Positions 24,107 to 38,767 are shown, counted from the first letter of the stretch. The stretch is DNA of 64,000 bases from Monocercomonoides exilis PA203 (GCA_001643675.2 LSRY02000004.1:2046001-2110000); one strand, 5' to 3'. Translations and numbers: made by a program. The notes: generated by a model from the sequence alone, not told the origin.

Positions 24107-26219
24107 TCAGGAAGACATTGAAGAATCGGATTGGGATTGAACATTCATCTGAGTCGCATCTGAATCTTCTTCTCTTTCAAATACTTGTGTTCGAAGACTT
24201 GGCGAATTTCTATTCCAGCCTCCTTCACCTTCATCTTTGCCTTCGTCATCTTCGTCATCATCCTCATCGGTCTCGTCTTCATTTGAATCCTCGTTGTTGT
24301 GCAAAGAATCTGCTGCATCATTTGTCAGGTTAATTGTAACACTTGGCTGTTAAGTGTTTATTGTTTAAGTTCAATGATTCAAGTGTCAGTTCAAAATTTT
24401 TTTTTTACAAAAAAATATCATTGTTATCCAAAAGCCAATAAGAACATTTCAAAAAATATTAAAATGTACAAATATTGGAAATAAAGCAAACCTCACCAAA
24501 AGCTGATGCAATAAAGCTTGAGAATCCAATAATCTCAAATGAATAGACGAAAGCGAATACAAAAAAACCAGCTTTAAATATGGAAATAACATTCAAAATA
24601 TTCACAGAAAAATTTGACAAAAAAAAAAGGCAATGTGAATTAATGAATGAGTGAAGCAAATTGAAATTACAAATAGAAAACATTAATAAAATAATTTCAA
24701 GGGGAAAAAATTCAATCAAAAAATTCAATGCACATAATTCACATACCTGATGTTGCAATATCGATTGTCCACATCAGATTTATAATTGATGTTAAATAGC
24801 TGTTTGAAAGCTGTGTTGAACAAGCAGTGAAATCGTCGCTATTCCCACACATACTGTTCATGAAGTTTGTAAGGAAATAATATTCGATAAGATGAGAAGC
24901 TCTGAGAATCAATTTACGCAATAAAAATGAAATATGATTAATGTTATAATCGTGGTAAACACAATAATTAGATTTGGAATTAAATTTTTGAATATGCAAA
25001 AATTATTTAAAAATAACAAATTGATCAGCTTGATATATAAAATCTAACGTCTACACAAGAAGAAAATAGCATTATTCTTTTGTTATTTGACATTCAATTA
25101 TTTTTGGGTTTTAAAATCACACCTGTACTTTTTTCCTGATGAAAACAAAAAACATTGAGTGAATAGATAACTTGCAGAAATTAGCATCACAATCGTCTGA
25201 ACAACGGCTTCAACAAAGCGCAGAGATCTTCGCATCTTTTTCAGAATGGTTGACGAAAAAATTGCAAGAATTCCAATAATTCCTCCGACAATTTCAACAA
25301 TACACTCAATCACAAATAAAACTGTAAAAGCAGTAAAAGTTCCCTGGAAATGAAGTTTATCAACAGCTCCGAAAATTGGATACATCAGAATATGAATAAA
25401 AAACAAAGCAGCAAAGCAAAGTTGCATTATCGTGGATGAAATTCCAAATGACTAATAAATTAGTTGTAGAATAATTTAAATACAATATATATATATATAT
25501 TATAAGATGGAGAAAAAGCAATAATTCAAACTTTCCGAAACAAGTCCTTTTGAATTATTGGCTTAGATACGAATGGAGTAACAAGCATAAGAATTCCTCC
25601 AATCAAACAGAATACTCCAGTTACAATATGAATATTTCTAATTGATATGATATTCTGAGCATCGCTAGTTCTTTCAGACCCAAGCATATGACGAGCCAAT
25701 AAAACTTGATCATCTTTGGTCAAAATCAAAGATTTTTGCTCATACAATCCGAAAACAATGGCATAGAATCCAAAATACCAATAAACACAACTCAATGATT
25801 CTTGAACAACAAGATTAATAACAATCAAAATCTTAAAAAATCTTCCTTTGATTGAAAATAAAAATCCCACAATCCCAATGATAATGAATACGCATATTGC
25901 GCAAGTTATTATGGAAATAAGAATTTTTATTGCAATTGAAGAACCAGATGGTGCAGGAATAACAAATCCAAGAATCATTAATGCAACAAAATAAATTAAA
26001 ATGGCAATGTGATACACGAAAAATAGAAGCCGTTTTTTCCAAAATTCTTGAAAAAATTGATGATAATATTATTATCAATTATTTTTAATTGTACGAACCA
26101 TTAGATGAATTGGGCTCTTCTATAATCATCTTTTTCAATTGGCTAATAGAATTTCTTAAATTTCCATTTGATGAATTCAAGTTCTGAGAAGGTAACACTT
26201 CATTACAATCCTCCATCAT
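24107..26219 (-). CDS. Multi-pass membrane protein with acidic C-terminal tail, about 6 exons
   Basis: Spliced model MMEDCNEVLP...|EFWKKRLLFFVYHIAILIYF...|...|...IDIATS|AGFFVFAF...FGE|PSVTINLTNDAADSLHNNEDS...SMSS*. Many hydrophobic segments, with in-phase GT/AG junctions where checked. Confidence 0.6.
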
Positions 26220-26340
26220 TTCTTATGGGTGGGATGAAAGAGAACTTCTGCAAAACATAACGCAAAGTGTCTGAAGTTTGAAACATATGCGATACAAAAA
26301 AACACTCAACGAAAAATCCCATATATTTTTTTCAATTAAA

Positions 26341-27877
26341 ATGGCTGTCTCAGCTTCTGAAGAGAGTCTCAAAGAAACCGCTTCTATGGTTCAAGTTTGT
26401 TAATCAAATTTAAAATTGTTAATATAAAAACGTATTGTTGTTATTAACGTGCAAATATTTGTTCTCAGGAGCTCATAGGAATGACTCAGATTCTAATCGA
26501 AGTACTACGTCCAAAACTCGCAAAACGAATAAAAGAACCAAAAAAAGGCCTTGGAAAACTATTTCGTGGAAGTCCCTTGAAAGATACAGTTCCATCGGTT
26601 CCGTTATTTGATCAATGGACATATCAAAATAAAGCAGTTCATTCTGCTTGCTTGTTTGCTTTGTTGCATTTGGATTTAAAATATTATGTTTTGCAATAAC
26701 ATTATTTTACGTCTTTTTTGTTCACTTACATTTTAGACAGCAGGAAGACAGGGATTTCGTCTCGGCTGATCTTGTGCTTGACTGGCTCAAATTTGTTTCG
26801 AAAATATTAGCTCCGATTGATGAAAATGAAGAAAAAGATATTAAAGAACAATCAGAACAGATGCAAATTGGACAAGAGCTTAATGACGAGGAAAAAGTTG
26901 AAATGAATGGAGATGATCATGTACCTTTCTTGAAGCCAAATCCTCCTCGACTATCAGTTTCATCAACAGACGAGGCTTCTTTTGACATTTCAACTCCTCC
27001 ACTAGAGATTACGCAAACTTCTAATATAAATTCTAGCGGGGCAACATCTTCCACGTCATTTTCATCAAAGCAGAGCAACAGTAATCAGAACTTAACACCA
27101 ACCTCAAACTATCCCTCTCAGAAACAAAATGAAGATGACGTTCCTCCTCCACCTCCGCTGGATGAAGAGATCACAGAGAACAAGTCTGCTGAAGACGAGC
27201 CAGATAATTTCGCTGCTCAGTCAAATAAATGTGCTATTCATCCACCGTCCTATTGTGAAGATGAAGATGCAGAGGATGGAGATATTCCCCCGCCGCCCCC
27301 ACCCGACGACGATTTTGTGCCTCAGCCTCCTCCGACAGATGGAGAATTCGACGAATCTCCGCCTTCTTCCAACAAGAACGAGAATGAGAATGATAACAAC
27401 GATGTCGATGATGATGATGAAGATGATGTTCCGCCTCCTCCTCCGCCAGCCGATGCAGCCCCGAAGCCTCCGAAGGTTCTGGCGCGTCTGTCCTTCCCTG
27501 TCATTCCCAACGGACCGAAGACCCCATCTCCCAAGCAGTCCACGCCGACCCCTCCGCCGCCCGTGTGCTCTTCGCTCATGAAGCCTCCCTCTGCCTCGCC
27601 GCCGCCTGTGCCGCAAGGCCACGCGAAACCGGCGTCTCACTCGCTTCTGTCTCCCTCTCTCTTCAAGCCTCTGAATGCGCCGAAAAGGATTGCCTTTGGG
27701 CAGAATGCTGTGCATGCACAATCTGCTTCTCCTTCTTCTTTCTCTTCTTCTTCTTCTTCTTCTTCTTCTGCTTCTACTTCCTCTTCCTCTTCATCTTCTT
27801 CATTCGCTTCTTCATTCAATCCAAAAGTGGCACATGGGGTGAGTGCTGCTAACTCTTACGGAAGATCTACTGGTTAA
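26341..27877 (+). CDS. Proline-rich/acidic hypothetical protein, 3 exons
   Basis: ATG at 26341 (MAVSASEESLKETASMVQ|gtttgt), a second exon ELIGMTQILIEVL..., and a third exon with repeated DDVPPPPP motifs. Confidence 0.6.
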
Positions 27878-28769
27878 TGATAATCTGTATAAGTATTTTG
27901 ATACACTCCACATAATTTCACCCTTCTTCTCTGATAAACTAACCTCTTTATGGACTTTGATAGCACGGCATCCTCTATAAACTACGCTGACTGTAATTTT
28001 GGCAGTTTTGCTTGTTTAATATTTAATTTCTTTATTTCTCGAGAATTCATTTATTTCCTCACTTATGAAAATAGTGATGCATATTTATGCTTTTTTCTTT
28101 TTCTTTCTTTCTTTCTTTTTTTTTTTTTATTGATCATTTCATTTGCTTTTTATGTATTTTACTTTTCTGTCTTTGCAACTATATCATTTGTGTGTTTTTA
28201 TTGACACTCTTTAGCCTTATTTTGTTCGCCTCTGGTTTGATTTGTTGATTATTTGATGCAACACAATAATTTTGGTGTTGCAAAAAAAATCTTTGATGTA
28301 TTTGTAAGTTTTCAATTCAGTTTATTTTGTTTTATTTTTTTTTTTTCGGTTTATTTTATTTGGATTTATTTTTCTTTTATTAATTTTTTTTTTCAATTTA
28401 GTTTTTATTATTTTCCTTTGATTGTTCAATCATACAACCCATTGTTTTGGCTTATATTTTTTATTTGAATTATACTGTAATATTTTATAATAGAGCTTCT
28501 CTTCGCAGGAACTTAGTTAATAGTTTATTTTTTTGAAAGTTTTGATTTTCACTTTTGAATTCACTAAGTTTTTTATTGGTTTTATTTTGACTTTTTTAGC
28601 TTCACTTTTGAGACATTGTATTTTTATTTTGATTAATGTCATGTTCACTGCAAAGTTCATTTTGATGCATGATGTCTTTATGTTAAAAAAGTCAAGAGAA
28701 AAAGCATATGATAATTTCATGATATAAACATCTTATAATATTCAATATTTGTGATATTTTAAAAATTCA

Positions 28770-31496
28770 ATGTGGATCGTTCAAAAGAAATTCAAATTTG
28801 ATACGAAAAAAAATAAAACGGTTAAAAGATCAAACTCAACAATTATTGCAGCCCTTCGTATTTGCATTTGCATAGCAGAATGCAAATTCCTGAATGCAAC
28901 GATTCTTCAAGTATGCTTTTTATATTAGCAAAAATTGTTATTAATTCTTCTTTTTAAAGGGCAAATACATTTCCGTCATTCACCGGATATCAAATGGTTG
29001 GCTGATGACATTCGATCATGTATTCCAGAAACATATCCTATAGAGTCATGCGAGCATCAGAAAGATACAATGGCAGACGGAACGCCCGGTGCTGAGAAGC
29101 CAGTTGGCTTTATAACGTTTGTGGATGCTTCCAGCGTTGAAACGATTTTGTCCCAAACAACGTACTTGGAGAAAAAGGATGCACCTTCAATTTTTAATAA
29201 ATTATGGCTGAATAGGGCAAATCCTATTGGTTGCGTAAGGATTTCGTTAACAGAATATCTAAAAGAAGATTCTTTCACATTTTTGGACAGCATACCAGAA
29301 ATTTGTTTTTGGCAGCTTTCACCAAATAAAAAGGCATTGTTTATTTGCTCAAAAGATATTAATTATCGCAGATTGTTGTGCTCCAAAGATGACTCAAAAG
29401 AAAGGGATTTTCTTTTATCTTCCCTCAATCTAAAAATTCCCGAACAAGATACACGACAAACATTTATAAAAAAGGTCGACAAAGGATGGATAAATGCTAC
29501 AATATGGGTTGCTTGCTGGGAAACCACTCAGTCTGTTGTCAGTGGAAGCCAAAAAAAGCTGCTTCCGCCTCCTGAAAAAGTCCAGAAACTTCTTTCAACA
29601 AAATTTCGGGATGAATTAATGTCCAAAGCAGAAAATTTTCAGTCTGGATCCTTTGCTAATATTTGCATGAACTTCAATAAGTCATGGAAGTTGCCAATGG
29701 TTAAAGCGACAATTCCTACTCCTCATGTGCTTCTTCTTTTGGAGGAAAAACCCAAGAAAAATATGTACATAATAGCTAAGATTGAATTCGTTCCTTGTCC
29801 AATTGGCAGAGTGGTTTGATGTTTTTATTGAATATGTCTTTGATTTCAACTTATTTTTAACAAAATCAAATATTTGTATTGAATAAATGTATCTGAAATC
29901 TGTAATGATTGAATCATTTCTGAATGAACTCGTGTTAAGATCGCCGAGAAGTTTGTGAAACAGCACCAAAAGGGGCTGACAATCAACGGCATCCGATGCA
30001 AATTCGTCGTTCCCAGCACGCTCGTCAAATACGACGCTCCCCAATACCCGCTGAACCGGAGTGCGAAGAATCGGCTGAAGCAGCCTCTTCGCTGTGCTCC
30101 TTCTGCCAGCTGCACCCCACAGAGCAGCCAAGACAGCCCCTCGCCATTCATTCAGCCTGCTGCTTGTCAGACGCCTTCAAAGGGACTTCGCTCTGATTCT
30201 GCACCTGATATTTATAAATGCATCCCTTCTGGTTCAAATTGTGCTTCTAACTGTGCTTCTAACTGTGCTTCTGCTTCTTCCCCTATCCGCGCCCCTTCCT
30301 CTTCTTTTGCTTCTTCTTCTGCTTCAATGTCTCCAACTTCTTCTTCCTCTTCAGCCTCTCCTTCCCCCTCGCCCATTCCTCTTCCTCTTCCTCCGTCTTT
30401 GCCCTTGCCTTTGCCCACACCAATCCTGGTACCACACACTCAGAAGCCTTCTTATGCCAACCGCAATGAATGTCATCCATCAGCCAGCCACGTTCCATTC
30501 TCTGCATCTGCCCTGCCCCTTCCTGCTGTTCAGCCTCAGAATCGTTGCAATCTCATAAACTCTCCTCGTGCTTCTCTTTTTGCTTCTTCTTCTTCCTCCT
30601 CCTCCTCCTCTTCTTCTTCTTCTGTTTCTGCTCCTCCTTCTAACCCTAATACTCTTCCTTATTCTAATTCTAATCCTTCTTTTGCTTCTTCTTCTTCTTC
30701 TTCTTCTTCTTCTTCTTCTTCTTCTTCTTCTTCTTCTTCTACTGCTACTGCCTCTCCTTCTGCTCCTTATTTCATTTCTTCATCTGCTCCTTCCACCCCT
30801 TCTACCAATTCCTGCACCCCTTCTGTTCCCCATCCTCCGGCCCCTCCTCTTCTTCTCTGGGACCGTCTGACTCATTCTCTGCCTCAATCTCTTCCTCTCA
30901 CTCACTCACTTCTCCCTTCTGCTGAGCATGCCTGTGCCTCTTCTCCACCCGCCCAGTTATTCCAGTCATCCCAATTGAACCAATTGCCTCATTCATCCCA
31001 ATTGAACCAATTGAACCAATCATCCCATTTGTTTCATTCAAGTCAATTAGCACAGGCACAGCCATATCCTCAGCACTCACCTTTCTCCGTGGGAGTCCTG
31101 CCCCACTCATGCCCTCCCTTCTACCCTCGTCACTCGTTCTCTCTTCCGCCCCAGCTTCCCTTCTGTGCCCCCTATGCTTCGTCCCCTGCTGCCTCGTTCG
31201 ATGCGCAACAGCCTTCTTCTGAGACTGCTTCTGCTTCTGCTTCTTCTGCTGCTTCTGCTGCTTCTGCTTCTTCTGCTGCTGTTTCTTCTTCTTCTTTTCC
31301 TTCTTCTTCCACTTCTTCTTCAGTTGCTGCTGCTTCGAACTCGTCCACTCCCATTTTGTGCTCAGCTTCATTTGCCCCTCTTGTGCCTGCCTGTGATCAA
31401 GGCATCTGTGCTCAGCTGCCCAGTGTTTGCTCTTCGCTCTCTTCTTCCACTCATTCTTCCTCTTTGTCTAACTCTTTGTCTTCCTCTTCCTTACCC

Positions 31497-31528
<32 letters not shown>

Positions 31529-32918
31529 TTCTTCCTCATTAGCGTCGCCATCTGTTGCCTCGCTAACTCCCACCACCTCCTCTCCTCTTTATTCTCTCCT
31601 CAACTCTGTCTCTTCCTTTTCTTCCTCTTCCTCTTCCTCCTCTTCCTCCTCCCCTTATGCAATCACTGGCAACTCTGCAGAGATTTCTGACAGAGATCCT
31701 TCGGTCTTGTCGGTTGAGTCCGAAGCCAGCCAGCTGGTTGCCTCGCTCTCCCTCAACAGACTCCTCTTATCTTTCCTCTTCCAACCTTGCCTCTTCCTCC
31801 CTCACGAAATGCCTCAGCCTGCTTCTGCTCCTAACCCTTCTTCTACTCCTAGCCCTGCCTCTTCATCTATCCCTGCCTCTTCCTCTGCTTCTGCTTCTGC
31901 TTCTGCTTCTTCTTCGTTGGCGGAACAGTCAACAACAACAGCATCAACAGCATCAGCTGGAATGACTCAGCCAGCATGCTATTCTCAGCCATTGAATGTC
32001 CTTCCATCTGCATCGACACTCCCTACACAGACAATACAGACAATGCAGTCAACGCAATCTCCTCATCAATCGACGATGCCTCTGTCTTCTTCTTCTAATA
32101 CTGCTCCTTCTAACAGTACTGCCACTTCTTCTGCATCCTCTTCTCCTTCCTCTTCTCCTTCCTCTTCTCCTGCTGTTGTTGCCTCTTCCGCCCCCTCCTT
32201 TTCAGAGAGCCAGTTCTCTCAATACAGCCAGCTTGCACAGCTGATACAGCTTTCTCGCCTGCTGCAGATATCACAGACACTGCAGATGAATCAGATGAAT
32301 CAATTACCTCAAATGAATCAGATGAATCAAATGAATCAGATGAATCAAATGAATCAACTACCTCAGATGAATCAGATGAATCAGATGATGCCAGTGCCTC
32401 AAGTGACTCAAGCACAGCAAGTGTCACAAATACCACAAATACCTCAGACTCCACAACCATCACAACCATCACAATTATTACAAATGCCACAGGCAATTCA
32501 ATCACAACAAGCAATGCTGCCACCTCCGATGATCAATCTGCAGCAGTATTTGCAGCCACTGCTGATGGCTCAGTCACTTCTTCCCTCTCAGACTGCCTCG
32601 TGTGCTCAATACACACAGCCTCCTCTGAATCCATTCGACCAGCTACAGGTTGATGCATATCCAGTTCCGCAGGCTCTTCCTTCTTCTCTTTCTTCTTCTC
32701 TTTCCAGTTCTCTCTTCCCTCAGACAGCATCTGTCACTCCTGCTCAGCTTCTGTCTATCTGCCAGCTTCTGCTCAATTCTCAGCCTCTTTTACCACCGCA
32801 GCAGGCCGATGCTCCGTTCTATTCAGCTGGCTCTATGCCTTCCAGTCAGATACAGACACAGACGCAGACACAGATGCAGCAGCAGACACAACAAGTGGAA
32901 CAACAGAGCCAGCTGTAG
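28770..32918 (+). CDS. Putative divergent RRM-like protein with ~950-aa Ser/Pro/Gln-rich tail, about 3 exons
   Basis: Exon 1 from ATG 28770 to a gtatgc donor. RNP1-like GFITFVD, RRM-end-like KGLTINGIRCKF, then a long low-complexity ORF with QMN repeats. Confidence 0.55.
32283..32390 (+). repeat. 9-bp coding minisatellite (CARATGAAT) encoding QMN repeats
   Basis: Translates as QMNQMNQLPQMNQMNQMNQMNQMNQLPQMNQMNQMM. Confidence 0.9.
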
Positions 32919-33695
32919 CACATGTCTTTGTGTCAGATGATGATGTGACGACAAAGCTTGTGCATATTTTTGTACATACTTATTATTATTATTATTATTA
33001 TTATTTTTTTTTTTTTTTTTTTTTTTTGATTGAAATCAGAATTTTTTTTTCACTTTTTTCTTTTAATTTTTCTTTTTTCTTTTTTTGTCTTAGGATTTTG
33101 ATTTTTTTAAGTGGAATTGGCAGCATGATGCTGTTTCCACATTTATCATGGTGTTGAGAGAGTGGTGATTTTTACCCCTTTAATTTTTTTGTCTTTCAAA
33201 AATATATTTGAAAGATGTTTAAGCTGAATTTTAATATATTTTATTTTCCTTTTTTATAGTTTTTATTTTCTTTAATGTTTAATCACAACAAATTGAATTT
33301 TCTTTTCGAATTTTTTAAAAAAGATGTGTTTTTCTTTAAAAAATTTTATATTGCATGATATTTGTATTTAATTTCCCTACCTCGTTTTATTTTATTTTAT
33401 TTTATTTTATTTCAGTTAGAGTTGTCCTTTCTTTTGATTCTGAGCTCCTGTTTTTTTGCTTTCTTCTATCCTTTCTTTTGTGTGAATATGTTGTTTTGTT
33501 TGCTTCAAAATATGTGGATATAACAAGTTTGGATCGACTTCGCTTAATTATTCATTTGAGAATGAGTTTGCATGTTTGGTTCAACTTTCGAAGTTATTTT
33601 TATTTCAATAGTGTTGTTTTTGGTTTTGTATTTAGAAATATTTACTGTGAAACATGTATTACTTTGAATTCTTTTTCTTTTTCTTTTTCTTTTTC

Positions 33696-33727
<32 letters not shown>

Positions 33728-33809
33728 ATTTTACAATTTTTAAAAGTGAATTGTTGCTTTGATGAAAAGAAGTCACATACGCACACACACACATTCACGT
33801 CATCACATG

Positions 33810-36800
33810 CTATCTTGATATATCCGCATATATTTTTCTCACAAACCAACAGCTTATAATAACTCCAACAGAAGCTCCAGAAATCCCAAATATAACAGAC
33901 AAAGCAATTGATTTTGTTGTTAAAAGTAAAAACAGGCTGATCCCTTTCTTCCATGCAGAAATCACTGAAAAGAGAAGGTATGTCACAAATAAATACACAG
34001 CTGGCCAGAATGCTGTGTAGAACGCAACTGTCCACCATCTGTGGTTCTCTCTCTTCAGGCTGATCCATGTTGCCCATGTTGCAACTGCACCACACATCCC
34101 CAAAAAGAGCAGAAACTTTGCTGAAAATAGAAGCCAGAACATAAACGTGTGTATCAGAATACCTCCACTGAACAACGCTAATGCATCAGGCAGAATCGCC
34201 ACATAAGGAATGAGGGAGAGCAGAGAAACGACCATCCAGTTTGTGACCAGCAGCGACGGGGCAGCTGGCACCAGTCGCTCGAAGCGGTTGACATGCACTG
34301 GATACGGCTGGATGCGCAGAAAGGAGACGATTGAAGTGACAATTGGCGTGTGCAGCAGGCATTTCAGGCAGCAGGATTTCTTCTTGTCTGAAGGAGAAAG
34401 CAGTTCTGTGTGGAATCTCGACAGGTTATATGACGTGCTGCCAAGATAGCTGCTTTTGTCTCCCATGCCCCCAGCTGTGCCCAGCTCCACAAACCCTACT
34501 CCATCGTCTTCACCCTCGTCAGTTGCGAACGACTCAGATGAAGAAAATGGAGATGGTCCTGTGACTGAGCCCTCCCTTTGCCCTGGGTTCTGCAGAGAAG
34601 ATGAAGATGCTTCTGTGTTTGAAGGAGAGTATTTGGGTGAAGAAGCGCTGTTTATTCCAAAGGGATCAGGAGACAATGAGAAGAGTGTTGGGTCAGGTGC
34701 AAGGGGCTCCTCATCGTCGTCTGAGAGTGAGAAGGCTGGAGATGTCTGAGACACATCCTGAAATGTGAATGTGCGTGATCCATTTGCAGCCCCATTCGCA
34801 CTGTCTGTCTTCTCCTGGTTCATTCCGCTGAGCGATGCTGCCATTTTGCTGAGTGTCCCATCCTTTGCTGCAGTTGGCACCAGAAGCTGTGTCTGTGGCT
34901 GGATCTTTGCGCGCCTCTGGTCGCGTATTTTTTCGATGAGGTCTTTTTCTTCTTGCTTCATCTGCTCGTCCATCGCATTGCGCTCGCGGAGCTCCTTCCG
35001 CCCTTCGACGAGTGTGTTCAGCGTTTGGAATAGAAAGAAGACAACAGAAAAAAGGATCACCACAATAAAGTCCATGAAATGAAAATACACAGCAGAATCG
35101 AGAAGTGTGAAGAACACATTAGCTAGCAGCATCAGTGCCTGCACAGAGAAAGATGTGAGAAGAGTGAAAGGAAGAGAGGAAGACATGGCAGTCGTCCACG
35201 ATGCAGCTGTCAGAGACTTCGAGGCTCGTGATGGAGGGAAGGGTGGGGCAATAACAGCTGGCATCTGAAGAGAGGCAGAGGCTGATGAAGATGCAGATAA
35301 TGAAGAAGACTGCAAAGAGGATGAAGAAGAGAATGGAAAGAGTTTGGCCGTGTCATTTGCAAGAATGTCATCTTCGTCAACATCTTCATTGTCTTCTGTC
35401 TTTCCCTTCATCAGCCCCATTTGCACTGAAATTTTATCTGCTTTTCCTTCGGAAATTGCCTTTTCCAGTTCTTCTCTCTCGTTTGAATTGTCTTCTTCTT
35501 CCGCTGCCATGGCATCAAAAGTCACTTTGAGCCTTTGATTGTGCTCTGCAATCATCCGCTCTATCGTATCCACCTTCTGTCCCGCATACATCTTCTGCAG
35601 GAAGCGAGAGCGGAACACCGAATTTCGCCACATCACCCACAACAGTGCAATCGCATAGATAACAGCAAACACCCACCATGAGGCAGGAGCTCTCCCGTTT
35701 CCTCCGTCGCTCTTGCTCGTAACTCCAAACAGAAGCCCCACAAACGCTACTCCAAAGAAGCTGAAGATAGCGCACACAACAAGCCGTCCACAGGCAACAG
35801 ACGAAGCAAACAAAAGCCCATGTGGCGGAGGACGGAATGCATCAAATACCAGAAGCCTCCATCCGCCCACCACAAAGCCTGAAGAGGCATTTGATGATGA
35901 GGATGGGGAGGAGATCAGCCTTCTGATAAGAGAAATAAATATTATTGTTGCGACAATGAGAAATGTCAGGCCAATGATGAGGAATGTAATGGAGAATGGA
36001 AAGAGCAAATATTCTTTGTGAGGTTGTGATGTGATGGGCAGCTGATACGAAGGACTTCTACGAAGAAATGGAATCCACCGATGCGACCAGCGAAGACTTC
36101 CTTGTGATTCAGTCCAATGAACCCTATAAGTGATCGCCATCCACTTCTCCGTATCATCGTTTTTTGCATTAGAATTTTTTGTGTTAGATTTTTTTAGTTC
36201 TTTGGTTGTTCGCACAACAATAGTCTTTAAAGCGGTTTTCTCTTCCTCTGAAAGAGAAAACATTTCTCTGGCCTTGAATCCATCAAATACAGATTTGTTA
36301 TTGTTACAAAATTCGAACCAGTCATATGATTTAGGCTCCACTTGGAAATCCAAAATTTGAAATTTGTTACTATTTAATTTAGATTTTGTAAATGTGATGT
36401 TGAATTCAAAATGGTTGTAAATTTCTGCAGTATATGATAATGCATCATGTGTAGTTATTAATCCAAGAGGTATTCCAACTCGAGGCTTTGAGCCCGAGAG
36501 AGACGATGGTATTTGATCGATTTCAAAATCCATATATGATTCTTGTTTGATTGATTCGATTATGTTATCGATGCTATCTATTCCAAGTCTTATTGGTACG
36601 TATTGAGAGATATGATAATTTTCAGTTGAACTTATCGGAAAATCAGCAAAAAGAAAAGATTGTCTTAAAACAGTCCAAGGAGGTGTTTCTCCATGCAATG
36701 TTGTGGATGTCATTGATTTTATATATTTCAAAGCATACGAATTTCCTTTAGCAGCTGATTCTGTTTTCAAGCTTTGGAAGCAAGGGATTGAACTTGAAAA

Positions 36801-36923
36801 ATTGTAAGCTTCAGAAACACTTATCTTACAAGATTTTCAAAAGTTAAAGAAAAACAAACTTCTTGGAATAATGCCAAAAAAATAAGAAGACATAAATGGT
36901 ATTAAAGCAAAAATCAGTATCAT
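33810..36923 (-). CDS. TM9SF/EMP70 (nonaspanin) family protein with large loop insertions
   Basis: Signal-peptide exon MILIFALIPFMSSYFFGIIPR. Family-like motifs IYNHFEFNITF, ITYRVHW...WSHRW, GWRLLVFDAFRPP, PVHVNRFERLVP, ENHRWW and FVRKIY. Confidence 0.85.
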
Positions 36924-37558
36924 GTTTTGAGTCAAAAATAAAAGGAAAAAAAATTGAGCAAATAATATAATTAAATATGGGCGAAAATCCAATTTTAGCC
37001 ACAAATATTTGTTTAACATATGTGAGATTTTATTAATAATGCAATAAAATGAAAAGATGCTTATTGCGATGTGATTTACACGATATTTCATAAAATTAAG
37101 TTTTTCTTGAAAAAAAGTAAGTTATACACTCTCTCAGAATTTTTTCAGAGGTCAAATATTAATAAAGTCATGATGCTGTTAATGATCAAAGCTGTACACA
37201 TAAATGTCCCACTCTTGGATGACTCTCTTTTCTTCTCTTGAAAAAGATGAACAACAAATGTTTAAGTGTGATAAAAACACAGAATGACGCAATATTCTTG
37301 TGTTATATTTTTTCATCTCATCTTTTAATCTTTTGTAATATTTTCGAATAACTTTTGCTCTATTGAGCATTGACTTTTCAATAGCAGTGTTGTCAAAAGA
37401 AATTAATAAAATCAACTTTTTGTTCAACAAAAAATGTTACACTCGCCATAAATAAAGATGAAATGTCAATAAAAGATCAAAAGTGAAATGAAGAAATTTA
37501 CACATGATATCAAACAACTATTGAAAAATTAAAAATTTAAAAATAAAATAAAATATTT

Positions 37559-38767
37559 TTATTCAGATAATCCAAGTGCTGCCATCATTTGCTGTTCCAA
37601 TTCATCCACATCAACGTCTTCGGTTCCACTAAGCGTTTCTTCTGCAGCTTCTGTGTGTTGTGCTGCAGTCTCAGAAGTTGCATCATGTGTTTCAGAAGAT
37701 GATGATTGAGATGATTGTTCGAGTGTATTCATAGGTGAATTGCTTGAAGAAGAAGAAGGTGCAAAAGTTGAAGAAGAAGAAGAAATTTTATCTTCATGTT
37801 TTTCTTCATCAGAAGCAGTTGCATCATTTTCGCCTGTTGTTATTATATCGAGAGCAGCAAGTTCAGCAGCAAGCTCATCTTCAATAGACCTATCAGCAGA
37901 ATTGCTTTCGTGATCTCCCATTGTTTCTGAGTAAGAATCAGTTGAAGATGATGTGTTTTCTGAATTGTGTGGTGAAGATGATGAAGATTCAAGCGGTGAT
38001 TGCTGAGATAAAGAAGAAATTTTTTCTCCAAAATCAGTTTCTTCTTCGTTTGATTGGTATGAAGAAATAGTTGCAGATGAAGATGGAAGAGAATAAGGCT
38101 TAGATGCAGTAGGTGCTGCTATAACGGGTGAGAAAGTTTTAGATTCCTCATTTTTTCCTGCTGCGTCTGACTTTTCATTTTTTAATGGAGGTGGGTGAAG
38201 AAGTTGCCTTTTCTTTTTTTTCAAATCTCGATTGCGCTTTTCTGCTTGAATAATTAGAAGATATAATCTTGCAAAATAATTTCTCCAAAATAAATCTTCG
38301 GTAATACTATGTTTTATTTAGATAATTAAATTTGTACTTTTTATCGAAAAATTGCATACAATTCAGGAACGAGAAAATAACGCATGGGGTTTAGGTTTGG
38401 ATCAACGTTTAAAAGTTTCGCAATAAATGAGTATGATTCATCCATACGAACCTGAAAATCAGCAGGCATCCCTTCAGGAGGCTTTAAAAAAAATGAATGA
38501 ACCTTTTTACAGTTAAATGTTAAAATATTTGCATGATTTGATAAAATAACGAACATCTCATACTCGTGACAAATTAAGTGCTTCAGTCTTCAAATTATTT
38601 TTTACGACTTCTTCCAAGTCATCGCGTTCCCAAGGTAATATGACATCTTCAGCTTGAAATTCGGCTGGTGAAGTTATATCTTCAATCAGTTTTGCAATGG
38701 TTTCTTTTCCTTTTTGGGCCTTTTCTTTAACCTGATTGAAAAGGCCCTTTACGCGTTCTGAGAACAT
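37559..38767 (-). CDS. BSD-domain protein (SYAP1/Sap47-like), 3 exons
   Basis: ILPWE...LKTEALNLS, FLKPP, LLNVDPNLNPMRYFLVPE|ITEDLFWRNYFARL carries the BSD FW motif; acidic tail. Confidence 0.85.

Noticed and set aside
23892-24107. Stop-codon readthrough or an alternative genetic code extending the membrane-protein gene
   Set aside because: The downstream ORF is in another frame. TAA, TAG and TGA all appear as terminators of long ORFs in the window, and conserved genes have no internal stops.
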